This document shows, one piece after another, positions 7,909 through 17,315 of a stretch of 54,791 nucleotides of DNA. The stretch comes from an uncultured Candidatus Saccharibacteria bacterium (GTDB lineage Bacteria; Patescibacteriota; Minisyncoccia; Phycocordibacterales; UBA9973). The stretch is taken from NCBI GenBank assembly GCA_964610995.1, contig CAZSWF010000003.1, positions 1 through 54,791 of the forward strand, in the 5' to 3' direction. Below the pieces are notes generated by a model. That model was not told the origin of the DNA. It searched no databases and saw only the letters and a list, made by a program, of their open reading frames with translations. Positions within the stretch are counted from its first letter, which is position 1, and the number at the start of each line of letters is the position of its first letter. The position numbers and the translations under genes are program-made.

Positions 7909-10077
7909 ATGATGCCGAGCCTCTCATCCCCTCTCTCTACGATCATTCGCCTCAAAGAGACCACAACTACCGGGTTACGCAAACTCGGTATCCATACGAT
8001 AGAAGACCTACTCTATCATTTCCCTACTCGCTATGCCGATGCATCGAGCTTTGTTTCTATTGGCAGTCTGGTGGAAGGAGCAGAAGTGACCGTGCGTGGT
8101 CGCGTGTCGAAACTCAGCGCACGCAAAGGATGGAAGAGTAAGATGAACATGACCGAAGGTGTCGTCGAAGACGTCAGTGGCAACATACATGTCGTATGGT
8201 TCAACCAGCCATACCTCGCCTCGATGCTCCATGTCGGAGATGTCGTTGAGCTCACCGGTCGTGTCAGTCTATACAAAGACAAGCTCACTCTCACAAACCC
8301 AAGTCTACGTGAAGAAAAGGTACTCCCGATCGACAGTCACGACTCACTGTTTGGCACCGACGACAACGGCCCACTGACTCCTATCTATCCAGAAACCAAA
8401 GGCATTTCGAGCGAATGGTTGCGCCATACGATAGCTCGAGCACTCAGCGCACTCGCGGAAATCCCAGACCATATCCCGGCACATATTCTCAAGGAATACT
8501 CGCTCCCCTCGCTCAAATCCGCACTCGTATGGATCCACACACCCAAAACAAAAGCTGACGCGCAAAAAGCTCGCAAACGATTTGCATTTGACGAAATACT
8601 CCTCATCAACCTCACCCGTCAAAAAGACCGTGCCGAGATCGCTCAGAAAAAAGCGTACACCATCGACACTGCGAGTACCGACGTGCCGTATTTTGAAAAG
8701 CGATTCCCCTTTGAACTCACCAGCGCACAGCGCACCGCTACTGGTCATATACTCCACGACCTCGAACGCGACACGCCTATGTCACGACTCCTTGAAGGAG
8801 ATGTAGGGAGTGGCAAGACTGCAGTCGCAGCGATCGCAACGTATGCGACAGTGATGAACCGACCTAGTACCAATGGCAAAAAGCAAACGTTTGGCAACCT
8901 CCAGGTCGCATACATGGCACCGACCGAAATACTTGCAACGCAGCATTTCGAATCATTCATCGAATTCTTTAAAGGTACTGGTATCTCTATCGCACTCATC
9001 ACCGGAAGTGGTGCGCGCAAGTTCCCCACCAAGGTCGCTTCGAGTCGCACACCATGGACCGACATTTCTCGACCTCAACTAAAAAAGTGGATCAAAAACG
9101 GCGAGATACCAATAGTGATCGGCACGCACACACTCATCCAAAAGAGTCTCGAGTTCAAACACCTCGCACTCGCGATCATCGACGAGCAGCATCGCTTTGG
9201 GCTCAACCAACGCAAAGGCTTGGCGAAAAAAGACGCGCACTTCCCCCACCTGCTCTCCATGACTGCGACCCCGATACCCCGCACGCTTGCGCTGACTATA
9301 TACGGCGACCTCGATCTGTCGGTACTCGACCAAATGCCCAACGGCCGCAAACAACCCATCACCAAAATCATTTCTCCCACAGACCGTGACGCGGTCTATA
9401 CAGAGATACATACCGAGCTCGCAGATGGTCGCCAAGCATACGTGATCTGTCCACGCATCGATGAAGCAGATCCGGACAAAGCCAATGCAGTACAAGCCAA
9501 GTCTGTCGTCGCAGAAGCACGTCGCCTCCAAGAAAACGTGTTCACCCAGTATCGAGTCGGCGTGATTCATAGCAAAATGACCAAAGAAAAAAAGGAGTCT
9601 GTCATGCAGTCATTTGCGCGACACGAGATCGACATACTGGTTGCGACATCTGTCGTCGAAGTCGGAGTCAACGTGCCCAATGCAACACTCATGATCATCG
9701 AAGGCGCCGAACGATTTGGCCTCTCGCAGCTCCACCAGCTGCGTGGACGAGTCATGCGGAGCTCTCATCAGCCGTACTGCTACCTCTTTGCACAGAGCAA
9801 AAGTGATCGCACTCGCGAACGACTCGCATACTTTGTCAAAGCAAAAAACGGATTTGAACTCGCAGAGTATGATCTGACGATGCGTGGCACCGGTGAGCTC
9901 ACTGGTATGAAACAATGGGGAGTCTCCGACATGGGTATGGATGCACTGCGCAATCGCAAGCTCGTAGAAGCGGCGCGTCAGAGCGCAATACATATCATCG
10001 AGACAGATCCGACTCTCGCAGCGCATCCGCTCCTCCTTGAGCAGGTATCACGCATCGCACACATGCATTTCGAATAA
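7909..10077 (+). CDS. recG: ATP-dependent DNA helicase RecG
   Basis: Wedge/OB N-terminal domain, GDVGSGKT (motif I), DEQHRFG (motif II), QLRGRV (motif VI). 722 aa. Confidence 0.9.
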   Translation: MMPSLSSPLSTIIRLKETTTTGLRKLGIHTIEDLLYHFPTRYADASSFVSIGSLVEGAEVTVRGRVSKLSARKGWKSKMNMTEGVVEDVSGNIHVVWFNQPYLASMLHVGDVVELTGRVSLYKDKLTLTNPSLREEKVLPIDSHDSLFGTDDNGPLTPIYPETKGISSEWLRHTIARALSALAEIPDHIPAHILKEYSLPSLKSALVWIHTPKTKADAQKARKRFAFDEILLINLTRQKDRAEIAQKKAYTIDTASTDVPYFEKRFPFELTSAQRTATGHILHDLERDTPMSRLLEGDVGSGKTAVAAIATYATVMNRPSTNGKKQTFGNLQVAYMAPTEILATQHFESFIEFFKGTGISIALITGSGARKFPTKVASSRTPWTDISRPQLKKWIKNGEIPIVIGTHTLIQKSLEFKHLALAIIDEQHRFGLNQRKGLAKKDAHFPHLLSMTATPIPRTLALTIYGDLDLSVLDQMPNGRKQPITKIISPTDRDAVYTEIHTELADGRQAYVICPRIDEADPDKANAVQAKSVVAEARRLQENVFTQYRVGVIHSKMTKEKKESVMQSFARHEIDILVATSVVEVGVNVPNATLMIIEGAERFGLSQLHQLRGRVMRSSHQPYCYLFAQSKSDRTRERLAYFVKAKNGFELAEYDLTMRGTGELTGMKQWGVSDMGMDALRNRKLVEAARQSAIHIIETDPTLAAHPLLLEQVSRIAHMHFE

Positions 10078-10104
10078 AAAAACCCGTCATGTGAAATGAC
10101 GGGG
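10076..10104. terminator. Bidirectional hairpin terminator between recG and a convergent small gene
   Basis: AAAAAAA-CCCGTCAT-gtgaa-ATGACGGG. The T-run is on the minus-strand reading. Confidence 0.65.
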
Positions 10105-10126
10105 TAGTAAGTATTCAAAGGGGTAA

Positions 10127-10252
10127 TTATTTTGTCTTTGTTTGCTGCTCCCTGATCTCTGGACCTTCAGTACCGTCCTGCAAGATCGGCATTATTTTCC
10201 CAAGAGCTATCAAACCAAGAATTGCCAGAATGATGATAATCAACTTTTTCAT
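10127..10252 (-). CDS. Small membrane peptide (41 aa)
   Basis: MKKLIIIILAILGLIALGKI... Preceded by TGcTATAAT at 10285-10293 and followed by the terminator. Confidence 0.4.
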   Translation of the reverse strand: MKKLIIIILAILGLIALGKIMPILQDGTEGPEIREQQTKTK

Positions 10253-10284
10253 GTATATGATTTTTTGAGGTTTATTTAGATACA

Positions 10285-10293
10285 TTATAGCAC
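10285..10293 (-). promoter_or_regulatory. Extended -10 TGcTATAAT
   Basis: Minus strand reads ggTGcTATAATgtatc. Confidence 0.5.
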
Positions 10294-10355
10294 CTTTTGT
10301 ATGTCTTGTCAAATGCTTTTTTCGTGTTGTGGTACAAGGCTTTTGACAAAATAGT

Positions 10356-11345
10356 CTATATTCTAAACTCGATCACATCTCCGTCTTTGACGATGTATTC
10401 TTTGCCTTCAGTACGCACCTTGCCGCGGGCTTTGGCTTCAACATAACTTCCCGCTGCGATGAGATCTGTGTACGCTACTACTTCTGCTCGGATAAACTTA
10501 TCTTTGAAATCAGTATGGATCGCAGTACCCGCGATAGGTGCACTACTGCCTACTTTGATAGTCCATGCACGTGTCTCGTCTTCTCCTGTTGTGAAAAATG
10601 TCTCAAGTCCGAGAAGCTTGTATGCACCACTGATCAGATCATCAAACCCTTTTTCAAATACGCTATCGATCTTTACAAATGCGCCCGGCACATCAAACAC
10701 TACATTTTCATTTGCCTCAGATGTGTTGAGCACGTAGAGCATTGGCTTGAGTGTGAGCAAGTTGAGTGACTTGATCATAAACCTTTCTTCGTCAGTCGGC
10801 TGTGCTTCTGTTGCAAGCTTGCCAGCTTCGAGTACCGCTTCGATACGTTTGAGCAACTCTTCTTCTTTGATCGCTTCTTTGTCCCCCTTTTTCACATCCT
10901 TGGACAGTGTACCGATACGCTTGGAGACTATTTCCATATCAGCGAGTATGAGCTCGAGGTTGATCACTCCAATGTCTGAGAGTGGGTCGACCTTGTTTGC
11001 CACATGTATCACAGACGGATCTTGGAAGGTGCGCACCACATGTGCGATCGCGTCGACTTCACGAATGTTGGTGAGGAATTTATTGCCCAAGCCTTCTCCT
11101 TTTGACGCACCTGCCACGAGGCCGGCAATGTCGACAAACTCGATGGCTGCAGGAATAGTTTTTGCACTCTTTGAAAAGTCAGATAGCTTCTGTAGTCGCT
11201 CATCAGGCACTGGCACAATACCGACCGATGGATCAATCGTACAAAATGGGTAGTTCTCAGCCGGCACGCTCTTTTTCGTAAGCGCGTTAAACAGTGTACT
11301 TTTCCCCACGTTTGGGAGCCCGACGATACCTATAGAAAGTGACAT
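10356..11345 (-). CDS. ychF: Ribosome-binding ATPase YchF
   Basis: GIVGLPNVGKSTLFNALT P-loop, NYPFCTIDP, C-terminal TGS-like ...KDGDVIEFRI. Confidence 0.85.
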   Translation of the reverse strand: MSLSIGIVGLPNVGKSTLFNALTKKSVPAENYPFCTIDPSVGIVPVPDERLQKLSDFSKSAKTIPAAIEFVDIAGLVAGASKGEGLGNKFLTNIREVDAIAHVVRTFQDPSVIHVANKVDPLSDIGVINLELILADMEIVSKRIGTLSKDVKKGDKEAIKEEELLKRIEAVLEAGKLATEAQPTDEERFMIKSLNLLTLKPMLYVLNTSEANENVVFDVPGAFVKIDSVFEKGFDDLISGAYKLLGLETFFTTGEDETRAWTIKVGSSAPIAGTAIHTDFKDKFIRAEVVAYTDLIAAGSYVEAKARGKVRTEGKEYIVKDGDVIEFRI

Positions 11346-11353
11346 AGGATTTG

Positions 11354-11362
11354 ATACTACCA
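11354..11362 (-). promoter_or_regulatory. Extended -10 TGgTAGTAT, 8 nt before the ychF ATG
   Basis: TGgTAGTATcaaatcctATG on the minus strand. Confidence 0.4.
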
Positions 11363-11375
11363 GATTTTCATAAAA

Positions 11376-11864
11376 TTATACAATCCCCTTTTGTATCCTC
11401 CTTTCTCTTATTGTTAGATGATCACTTTCTATTTGCTCTCGTATATCTTCCCAAGATTGTGTTTCAATTTTCTTTACATGTGTCAAAGGAACCCTAACAT
11501 CAGGCAAGGTAATATCAAACTCTTCCCAAATATTATTCTGTTCATTAAAAACAGAGATCCACGCATGATCAACTGAGTACAAGTTTTCACCATGAATAAA
11601 ATTTACTTTCCTCCCGATATATCTAAGCATTTCAGCTGCAATAGTCGCAACCGCACCGCAACTCGTCATACCACACTCAAATGCGTCACTTGGAGATGTG
11701 AAGCGGGATTCGATAATAGTTTTTGGTTGGCGCTTTTTCTCTATAGGGATAGTTTGTTCATGCTCTATGATAAAATTTCGGATCGCAAGAACAATATCTC
11801 TATTTGTAGAATATGTAGAATCAAACTCTTTAGCCTTTGTATGTAAATACTCGAGCGTATCCAT
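11376..11864 (-). CDS. Transglutaminase-like cysteine peptidase-fold protein (putative)
   Basis: Cys-His-Asp arrangement: GMTSCGAVATIAAEMLRYIG, DHAWISVF, WEEFDIT. Sits in an AT-rich segment. Confidence 0.55.
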   Translation of the reverse strand: MDTLEYLHTKAKEFDSTYSTNRDIVLAIRNFIIEHEQTIPIEKKRQPKTIIESRFTSPSDAFECGMTSCGAVATIAAEMLRYIGRKVNFIHGENLYSVDHAWISVFNEQNNIWEEFDITLPDVRVPLTHVKKIETQSWEDIREQIESDHLTIRERRIQKGIV

Positions 11865-11870
11865 GTGTAT

Positions 11871-12176
11871 TTATTTCTTCCCCATCAACTGCATCAACGG
11901 TGCAAGCTCTGCACGATACTTTGCTATCTGACTTTTGTACTTTTCCATAACTGTCACCGCTGCATACATTTCTTGCATACCACCCTTTTTCTTTTCTTCG
12001 ATCTCTTTTTGGATGTTTTCAAACAACGCCTTTACTTCAGAGTTTGATTCCAATGTCTTGAGTGACTGTGCGAGTTCAGGGTTTTCTGAAAGCTGTTGTG
12101 CGATCTGTTCTGCCTGCTCCTTGGGCACGCCCTTCATTTGAAGGGTCTTTTTTATAAAAAATGATTTTAATCCCAT
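11871..12176 (-). CDS. Hypothetical helical protein (101 aa)
   Basis: Start set at MGLKSFF... The upstream part of the 240-aa track ORF is antisense to the UDG gene. TGcTATAGT lies 9 nt upstream. Confidence 0.5.
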   Translation of the reverse strand: MGLKSFFIKKTLQMKGVPKEQAEQIAQQLSENPELAQSLKTLESNSEVKALFENIQKEIEEKKKGGMQEMYAAVTVMEKYKSQIAKYRAELAPLMQLMGKK

Positions 12177-12185
12177 AGTCCTCAG

Positions 12186-12194
12186 ACTATAGCA
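12186..12194 (-). promoter_or_regulatory. Extended -10 TGcTATAGT, 9 nt before ATG 12176
   Basis: Minus strand reads TGcTATAGTctgaggactATG. Confidence 0.4.
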
Positions 12195-12203
12195 AAATGT
12201 GGG

Positions 12204-12209
12204 TATACT
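12204..12209 (+). promoter_or_regulatory. -10 TATACT, 6 nt before the UDG ATG (leaderless-type)
   Basis: gggTATACTgtacacATG. Confidence 0.45.
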
Positions 12210-12215
12210 GTACAC

Positions 12216-12794
12216 ATGGCGACAGCAACAGAGCTCAAAGCTCTCCATGACCACTGGCACGAGGTCAACACTTGCGCGCTCAAGGCGACCGCTACACGCC
12301 CGGTCTATGGTGATGGCAACGCTGCCGCACGAGTAGTGTTCATAGGTGAAGCACCAGGAAAAAAGGAAGACGAAACAGGAATACCATTTGTCGGTGCTGC
12401 TGGGAAATTTCTCGCAGAGATGCTCGAGTCTGTCGGAATGAAGCGTGAGGACATCTATATCACCAACATCGTCAAATACCGCCCACCCAACAACCGCGAT
12501 CCTGAGCCCGAAGAAAAAGATGCATGTCGCGAGTGGCTGCACGCAGAGATCGCTCTGATCAATCCAGACCTGATCGTCTTTCTCGGACGACATTCTATGA
12601 ATGACTTTTTCCCAACTGAAAAAATATCAAATGTACACGGCAAACTACTTGTTAAAAAGTTTCCACACATCGCAACTACTCATTTCCTCCCGCTCTATCA
12701 CCCTGCAGCGGCACTGTACAATGGCGCACTGCGTGCGCAACTCCTAAAAGACTTTGCAATAATCCCAAAACTACTTAAAGAAATAGGGAAATAA
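12216..12794 (+). CDS. udg: Uracil-DNA glycosylase, family 4
   Basis: GEAPGKKEDETGIPFVGAAGKFL motif A and HPAAALY motif B. Confidence 0.85.
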   Translation: MATATELKALHDHWHEVNTCALKATATRPVYGDGNAAARVVFIGEAPGKKEDETGIPFVGAAGKFLAEMLESVGMKREDIYITNIVKYRPPNNRDPEPEEKDACREWLHAEIALINPDLIVFLGRHSMNDFFPTEKISNVHGKLLVKKFPHIATTHFLPLYHPAAALYNGALRAQLLKDFAIIPKLLKEIGK

Positions 12795-12821
12795 AAAATG
12801 CAGAACAGGGATGTTCTGCAT
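12792..12821. terminator. Bidirectional terminator between the UDG gene and a convergent AT-rich gene
   Basis: ATGCAGAACA-ggga-TGTTCTGCAT with an A-run upstream (a T-run on the minus strand). Confidence 0.7.
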
Positions 12822-12834
12822 TAGAGTAATACAT

Positions 12835-13353
12835 TCATACTTTAAATTCTCGCCAATTTCTCGTTGCGCCGAAATGAAAAAAAGATCGCAGGGGTTTTTT
12901 CTTTGCAGCTTTTTCTCGTGCTTCTATTTCTTCGGGATTGTCTGGACACCATTCTTTTCGTTGATGATCCAGATTAATTTTCTGACGAACAACAGGCTCG
13001 ACTTTCTTACTAAACATTTTTTCTTTCTTTTCACCTAAGAATACTGGTATCGGTTCTTGTTGAGGAATAAGTTTTTGTACCCATTGACCGGGCTGTATCG
13101 TATTGAGCCCATCTTTAAATGATTCTTTTTTTCTTGGATTACTCAACGATTCTTCTATCTCTTTACTTATGGGTGCAAGCAGGGACCAGTCTTCATTATG
13201 AGAAGTGTCGTCGAGTTCAAAGTGAAATACTTTACCTTGTGTATCTTCATGATACCTCGTAAGAAAAGTTCTCTTGAAACAATATCGAAACTGAGAGAAA
13301 AATTGCTGAAATTTTAGAAACACGACATTAAGATGTGTACTATTATTTTCCAT
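12835..13353 (-). CDS. Hypothetical protein (172 aa), AT-rich cassette
   Basis: Clean ORF with a canonical promoter upstream and a terminator downstream. No motif recognised. Confidence 0.5.
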   Translation of the reverse strand: MENNSTHLNVVFLKFQQFFSQFRYCFKRTFLTRYHEDTQGKVFHFELDDTSHNEDWSLLAPISKEIEESLSNPRKKESFKDGLNTIQPGQWVQKLIPQQEPIPVFLGEKKEKMFSKKVEPVVRQKINLDHQRKEWCPDNPEEIEAREKAAKKKPLRSFFHFGATRNWREFKV

Positions 13354-13395
13354 TATGTTCTTTTTTAAGTGCGGTTAGTTAATGAGTTTTTTACT

Positions 13396-13423
13396 ATTAT
13401 ACCCAAATATAAGAAATAGTCAA
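13396..13423 (-). promoter_or_regulatory. Canonical sigma70-type promoter TTGACT-16-TATAAT
   Basis: Minus strand reads cgcaTTGACTatttcttatatttgggTATAATag. Confidence 0.6.
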
Positions 13424-13437
13424 TGCGCTCAGCTACA

Positions 13438-14673
13438 CTACTCTAGCGCACACCCCCCATGTATTTTGCGATACTTTTTACCCTTTTGGAATACTCGGAA
13501 CACGTATGTAAGTGGGACAATGTGCGTGAAGTATCGAAAATCAATCACCGAGCGCAGTATCCACGGTATCCAGCCTGTCATGACAAATGACCCATGATTA
13601 AAGACTGCCCACCCTACCCCGATCGGGATCACAAACGATGGTTTGACCGGCTTGTACGACGTCGTAGGCTTGCGCAGGATCATCGCATGTATTTGTCGTG
13701 CAGTATGTGTACCGTGATCGATCGCAGTCTGTGCGAGCCCACTATAGGTAGTAGCTGCACCATCTCCGATCACAAACACGTGGTCGTCTCCTGGGAGCGT
13801 GAGTGTCGGCGATACGACGACTCGCTTGCGCTCATCAAATACCACTCCAGGTATTTGAGTAAATGCAGTGTTGATACGCGTCCCTGCAGTCCAGATGACG
13901 GTGCGAGCGTTGACCGACATGTCTTTGAGGAAGACTTCAGTGACTTCTTGCTCGGCGAGTGTGCGGTTGACGAATATATTAACCCCCATTTTGCGTAGGC
14001 GTGCCTCGGCCAGACGCGAGACCTTGGGTGGAAGTGTAGGAAGCACACGAGGGTTTGACTCGATGAGGTCGATCGTGACAAAACTCGGATCTACCCCGTG
14101 CTCGATCGCAACCGTGGTCAGGTAACTACGCAAATCTCCTGCGAGCTCTACACCTGATGGCCCTCCACCAACGATAAGTACGTGGAGCATCGAGACGAGG
14201 TCTTCTCGGGGCACGGTCTGCGCCTTGGCAAAGAGTTCACAAAAATGTCGTTTAAGTCTAAGTGCAGCAGATACCGACTTGAAACTATGGGAGAGCTCGG
14301 GCAGACCTTTGATATTGAAAAAGTTGGTCTCACTACCGAGTGCGAGTACGAGATAGTCATACTCGATTTCTCTCGTCGTATCGCCCTCTTGTACCTGTAT
14401 CACTTGCCGAGTCTGGTCGAGCCCTGTATAGAGGGCTTGGACTACGGTGACGTCGCGTGTACCTACGATGTCTCGTACCGGGACCGAGACCTCGATAGCG
14501 AGTGCTCCGGTGACGAGCTTGTAGAGAGCTGGGTAGTACTCAAACACGGGGTCCTTGGTCACCAGTGTGATCGCGACTCGAGTATGGAGCTTGTGGAGGG
14601 TCTTGATGGTTTCGATCCCGGCAAAGCCACTACCAACGACAACGACATGGGGGGTACTGGCTGGTGAATGCAT
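13438..14673 (-). CDS. ndh: Type II NADH dehydrogenase (NDH-2) family flavoprotein
   Basis: VVVVGSGFAGIE and IVGGGPSGVELAG dinucleotide-binding motifs. Start refined to the Met before HSPASTPHVVVVG (TGcTATACT 6 nt upstream). Confidence 0.85.
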   Translation of the reverse strand: MHSPASTPHVVVVGSGFAGIETIKTLHKLHTRVAITLVTKDPVFEYYPALYKLVTGALAIEVSVPVRDIVGTRDVTVVQALYTGLDQTRQVIQVQEGDTTREIEYDYLVLALGSETNFFNIKGLPELSHSFKSVSAALRLKRHFCELFAKAQTVPREDLVSMLHVLIVGGGPSGVELAGDLRSYLTTVAIEHGVDPSFVTIDLIESNPRVLPTLPPKVSRLAEARLRKMGVNIFVNRTLAEQEVTEVFLKDMSVNARTVIWTAGTRINTAFTQIPGVVFDERKRVVVSPTLTLPGDDHVFVIGDGAATTYSGLAQTAIDHGTHTARQIHAMILRKPTTSYKPVKPSFVIPIGVGWAVFNHGSFVMTGWIPWILRSVIDFRYFTHIVPLTYVFRVFQKGKKYRKIHGGCALE

Positions 14674-14679
14674 GAGCGT

Positions 14680-14688
14680 AGTATAGCA
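14680..14688 (-). promoter_or_regulatory. Extended -10 TGcTATACT, 6 nt before the ndh ATG (leaderless-type)
   Basis: Minus strand reads TGCTATACTacgctcATG. Confidence 0.5.
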
Positions 14689-14717
14689 GCCTTGTATGGC
14701 AAGGCAAAAACGTCGTG

Positions 14718-14723
14718 TATACT
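14718..14723 (+). promoter_or_regulatory. -10 TATACT, 6 nt before in-frame GTG 14730
   Basis: gtgTATACTtgtaagGTG. It lies inside the longer track ORF, which starts at 14715. Confidence 0.35.
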
Positions 14724-14729
14724 TGTAAG

Positions 14730-15275
14730 GTGCAGAACCCTCATTCGTCACAAGAGAAGATCGATCCCCGACAACCCGATGTAGAAAGACTCTTCCCTGA
14801 GCTGGTGGAGCGATACCAAGACGCTATCTTTCGATTTATATACTTCCGAGTATCCAACCGAGCTATCGCGGTGGATATCACCCAAGACACCTTCACCAAG
14901 ACTTGGATCTACCTGCGCAACGGCAATACCATCGAGTACCCCGAAGCATTTCTCTATCGAGCAGCGAAAAACGCGCTCATCGATTATTATAAAAAAGAGA
15001 AATCTGGCTCACTCGATAGTATGGTCGAAGCAGGCTTTGACCCAGCATCTCACAAAGATACCGACGAAGTACTACGCCACGATGATATTGCGACGATTCG
15101 ATCACTCCTTGAGACACTCGACGAAGATAGTCGACAAATCATTTTCTTGCGATACACCGAAGAAAAGCCGATCGAAGAAATCGCAGCACTTTATGGAAAA
15201 AGTACCAACGCAATGACTGTCTACATCCATCGGATCATCAAAAAACTGCGCGAGACCTATAACGAACAATCATGA
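14730..15275 (+). CDS. ECF-type RNA polymerase sigma factor (sigma-70 family)
   Basis: Region 2 is DAIFRFIYFRV...AVDITQDTF; region 4 is RQIIFLRYTEEKPIEEIAALYGKSTNAMTVYIHR. The start could be GTG 14715 or GTG 14730. Confidence 0.8.
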   Translation: MQNPHSSQEKIDPRQPDVERLFPELVERYQDAIFRFIYFRVSNRAIAVDITQDTFTKTWIYLRNGNTIEYPEAFLYRAAKNALIDYYKKEKSGSLDSMVEAGFDPASHKDTDEVLRHDDIATIRSLLETLDEDSRQIIFLRYTEEKPIEEIAALYGKSTNAMTVYIHRIIKKLRETYNEQS

Positions 15276-16024
15276 AATACAACTTCGAACAACTCAATAC
15301 GCTCCGATCACTGAAACTCTCTGAAGAAGAACGAGGGCTTGTTCGAGCACATGTTCACTATCTCATGACCAACACTCCGATACAACGCGCAGTTCCATCA
15401 CTATTTCAACGCGGACTTCATCATGGTCTACGCATCGCACTATCAAGTTTTGCATTTTTCATATTTGTCGGAGGATTTGTGTCTGCAGTTGCAGCCAACG
15501 CACTCCCTGGAGATCCACTCTATCCGGTAAAGGTGAGTTTCAACGAAGAAATCCAGCTTTTCTTTCAAAAGACGCCTGAGAAAAAAGTAGCGTACAACGC
15601 AAAGCGTGTCGAAGCTCGTGTCAATGAGATCAAAACACTTGCAGAAACCAAAACACTGACCAAGGCAAACCAAGCAACCGTCCAAAAAGCGCTCGACGCA
15701 CACATCAAAGACCTTTCTGCAGATCTCACAACGCTTAGTGATACTGCACCATCAGCAGCACTCGCAGTCACTACTACGCTCGAAGACGCCCTCAAAGCAA
15801 ACAAGGCTATCCTCGAAACAGATACTGATCCTGCAACAGAAATTGCTGTTCAAGCAGTCACCAACACAATCCAAGAAGTTTCTAATCAAGAAGTAAAAAT
15901 CATTTCAAAAGAAATCGATGCTATCTCAGCAGATATTACCGCAACCACAACTACAGCTATAGATCCTGCACTCGAGCTGCCTACGAACGAGACTCCTCCT
16001 CTAAGTACTCCTGTCGAGCCATAA
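15272..16024 (+). CDS. Membrane-anchored putative anti-sigma factor (DUF5667-like ectodomain)
   Basis: ATGA start/stop overlap with the sigma gene, single TM (ALSSFAFFIFVGGFVSAV), then PGDPLYPVK... helical repeats. The functional call rests on position. Confidence 0.5.
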   Translation: MKYNFEQLNTLRSLKLSEEERGLVRAHVHYLMTNTPIQRAVPSLFQRGLHHGLRIALSSFAFFIFVGGFVSAVAANALPGDPLYPVKVSFNEEIQLFFQKTPEKKVAYNAKRVEARVNEIKTLAETKTLTKANQATVQKALDAHIKDLSADLTTLSDTAPSAALAVTTTLEDALKANKAILETDTDPATEIAVQAVTNTIQEVSNQEVKIISKEIDAISADITATTTTAIDPALELPTNETPPLSTPVEP

Positions 16025-17315
16025 CACGCTCAAGGAGTATCGACAAGCCGATAACGAACAACGCAACCGCACCAAAGATATATGCTCTGGTGCGGTTTCG
16101 TATGGGAGTATCCGATGTTTCTGGTGTTGTCTCATCAGTCACTGTATCTACATTTTCAGGGTACTCATATTCTGCATTTTCTTCATAGGTTGCAGCGAGC
16201 ACTTCACTGGCTACTGGAGGTGTAGTAGTAGCAACGACGCTTCCGCTCGGATCAACGAGTAGTACACTTGCCGGCTGCCCGATCGAAAGTACAGTAAATG
16301 GCAGCGTCATTGATGACTTTGCAGCTACCATAGTCATGTCGGGTACGGGGACCTTGATGGCAGTCGTCACAAAGTACCACCCAGAGAGATCAATATCATT
16401 CGATGACGTATTTTTGATTTCTACTGCTTGCTGATCTCGAATCGAGAGTGTGATACTCGGTGCAATGACCGATACTTTTTGTGTACCTTTGAGTGCATTG
16501 TTGGGGTTGGTCGGGTCAGTATAGAGAAATGAAATGATATAGGTACCTGGGTAGCGATACGTATGCGTGAGTTCTTCACTTTTGGTTTGCCAGTACCGAG
16601 TACCATCTCCCATGTTCCATGTATACGTGCCATAAAGTACGTTGTATCCGTATTCAAACACCGGATACGCCTTGTACGTGTAGGGCTGACCTACATACAC
16701 ACTTTTGGGAATCGTAAATGCGATATGTGGCTGGTTGGGTGAGACCTTGGGTATAGGATACGGATCTTGCTCAATAGACGTGGTCGTCGCCACTGTACCA
16801 CTAGTCGGTTCTCCATTATCAGAAAGTCCTGCTTTGGGGGTTGCAACAGCAGTCACCCACTCACCGTCTGTCCACTGCATCGTCGCCTTGGTATTTGCAT
16901 CTCCTGCTGGCCACCCATCTGCAAAGCTGAGACTCTCTATCGTAGTACCACTGGTATCCGTGAGCACCAGGTCTTCGCCAGTGTTGGCAAATCCGCTTGC
17001 ACCAAATGCTCCTGCCTCATCATTGACTCCAGGTACAGCATCCGGTGCGCTCGCTGTCGTTCGTTCAACGAGTAAATACTCGCCTGCGCCGATAGACTTG
17101 GTCATGGTAAATATCACCGCACCATCGCCCTGCACAAGTCGCCACCCTGCAAGGTCAACACTATCTGCTCCATCATTGTAGAGCTCAAACCATTCTGAAT
17201 ACTGACTCGCAGCAGTTCCCATCCATGCAACTTCGGTCACACGCACTGCTGCACGCGCTACAAGCGGTATACCTATCTGTATACACAGCGCACAGAACCA
17301 TAGTATGTATTTCAT
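15981..17315 (-). CDS. Secreted, membrane-anchored lamin-tail-domain (x2) plus PKD-domain protein
   Basis: Signal peptide; LTD VRVTEVAWMG...EWFELYNDGADSVDLAGWRL; PKD YTWNMGDGT...HTYRYPGTYIISF; second LTD-like VEIKNTSSNDIDLSGWYF; C-terminal TM. Confidence 0.7.
   Translation of the reverse strand: MKYILWFCALCIQIGIPLVARAAVRVTEVAWMGTAASQYSEWFELYNDGADSVDLAGWRLVQGDGAVIFTMTKSIGAGEYLLVERTTASAPDAVPGVNDEAGAFGASGFANTGEDLVLTDTSGTTIESLSFADGWPAGDANTKATMQWTDGEWVTAVATPKAGLSDNGEPTSGTVATTTSIEQDPYPIPKVSPNQPHIAFTIPKSVYVGQPYTYKAYPVFEYGYNVLYGTYTWNMGDGTRYWQTKSEELTHTYRYPGTYIISFLYTDPTNPNNALKGTQKVSVIAPSITLSIRDQQAVEIKNTSSNDIDLSGWYFVTTAIKVPVPDMTMVAAKSSMTLPFTVLSIGQPASVLLVDPSGSVVATTTPPVASEVLAATYEENAEYEYPENVDTVTDETTPETSDTPIRNRTRAYIFGAVALFVIGLSILLERVMARQEYLEEESRS

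Noticed and set aside
12177-12593. N-terminal 139 aa of the 240-aa minus-strand ORF 11871-12593.
   Set aside because: This part is antisense to the well-supported family-4 UDG gene. An internal Met at 12176 has a promoter box 9 nt upstream and yields a coherent 101-aa protein.
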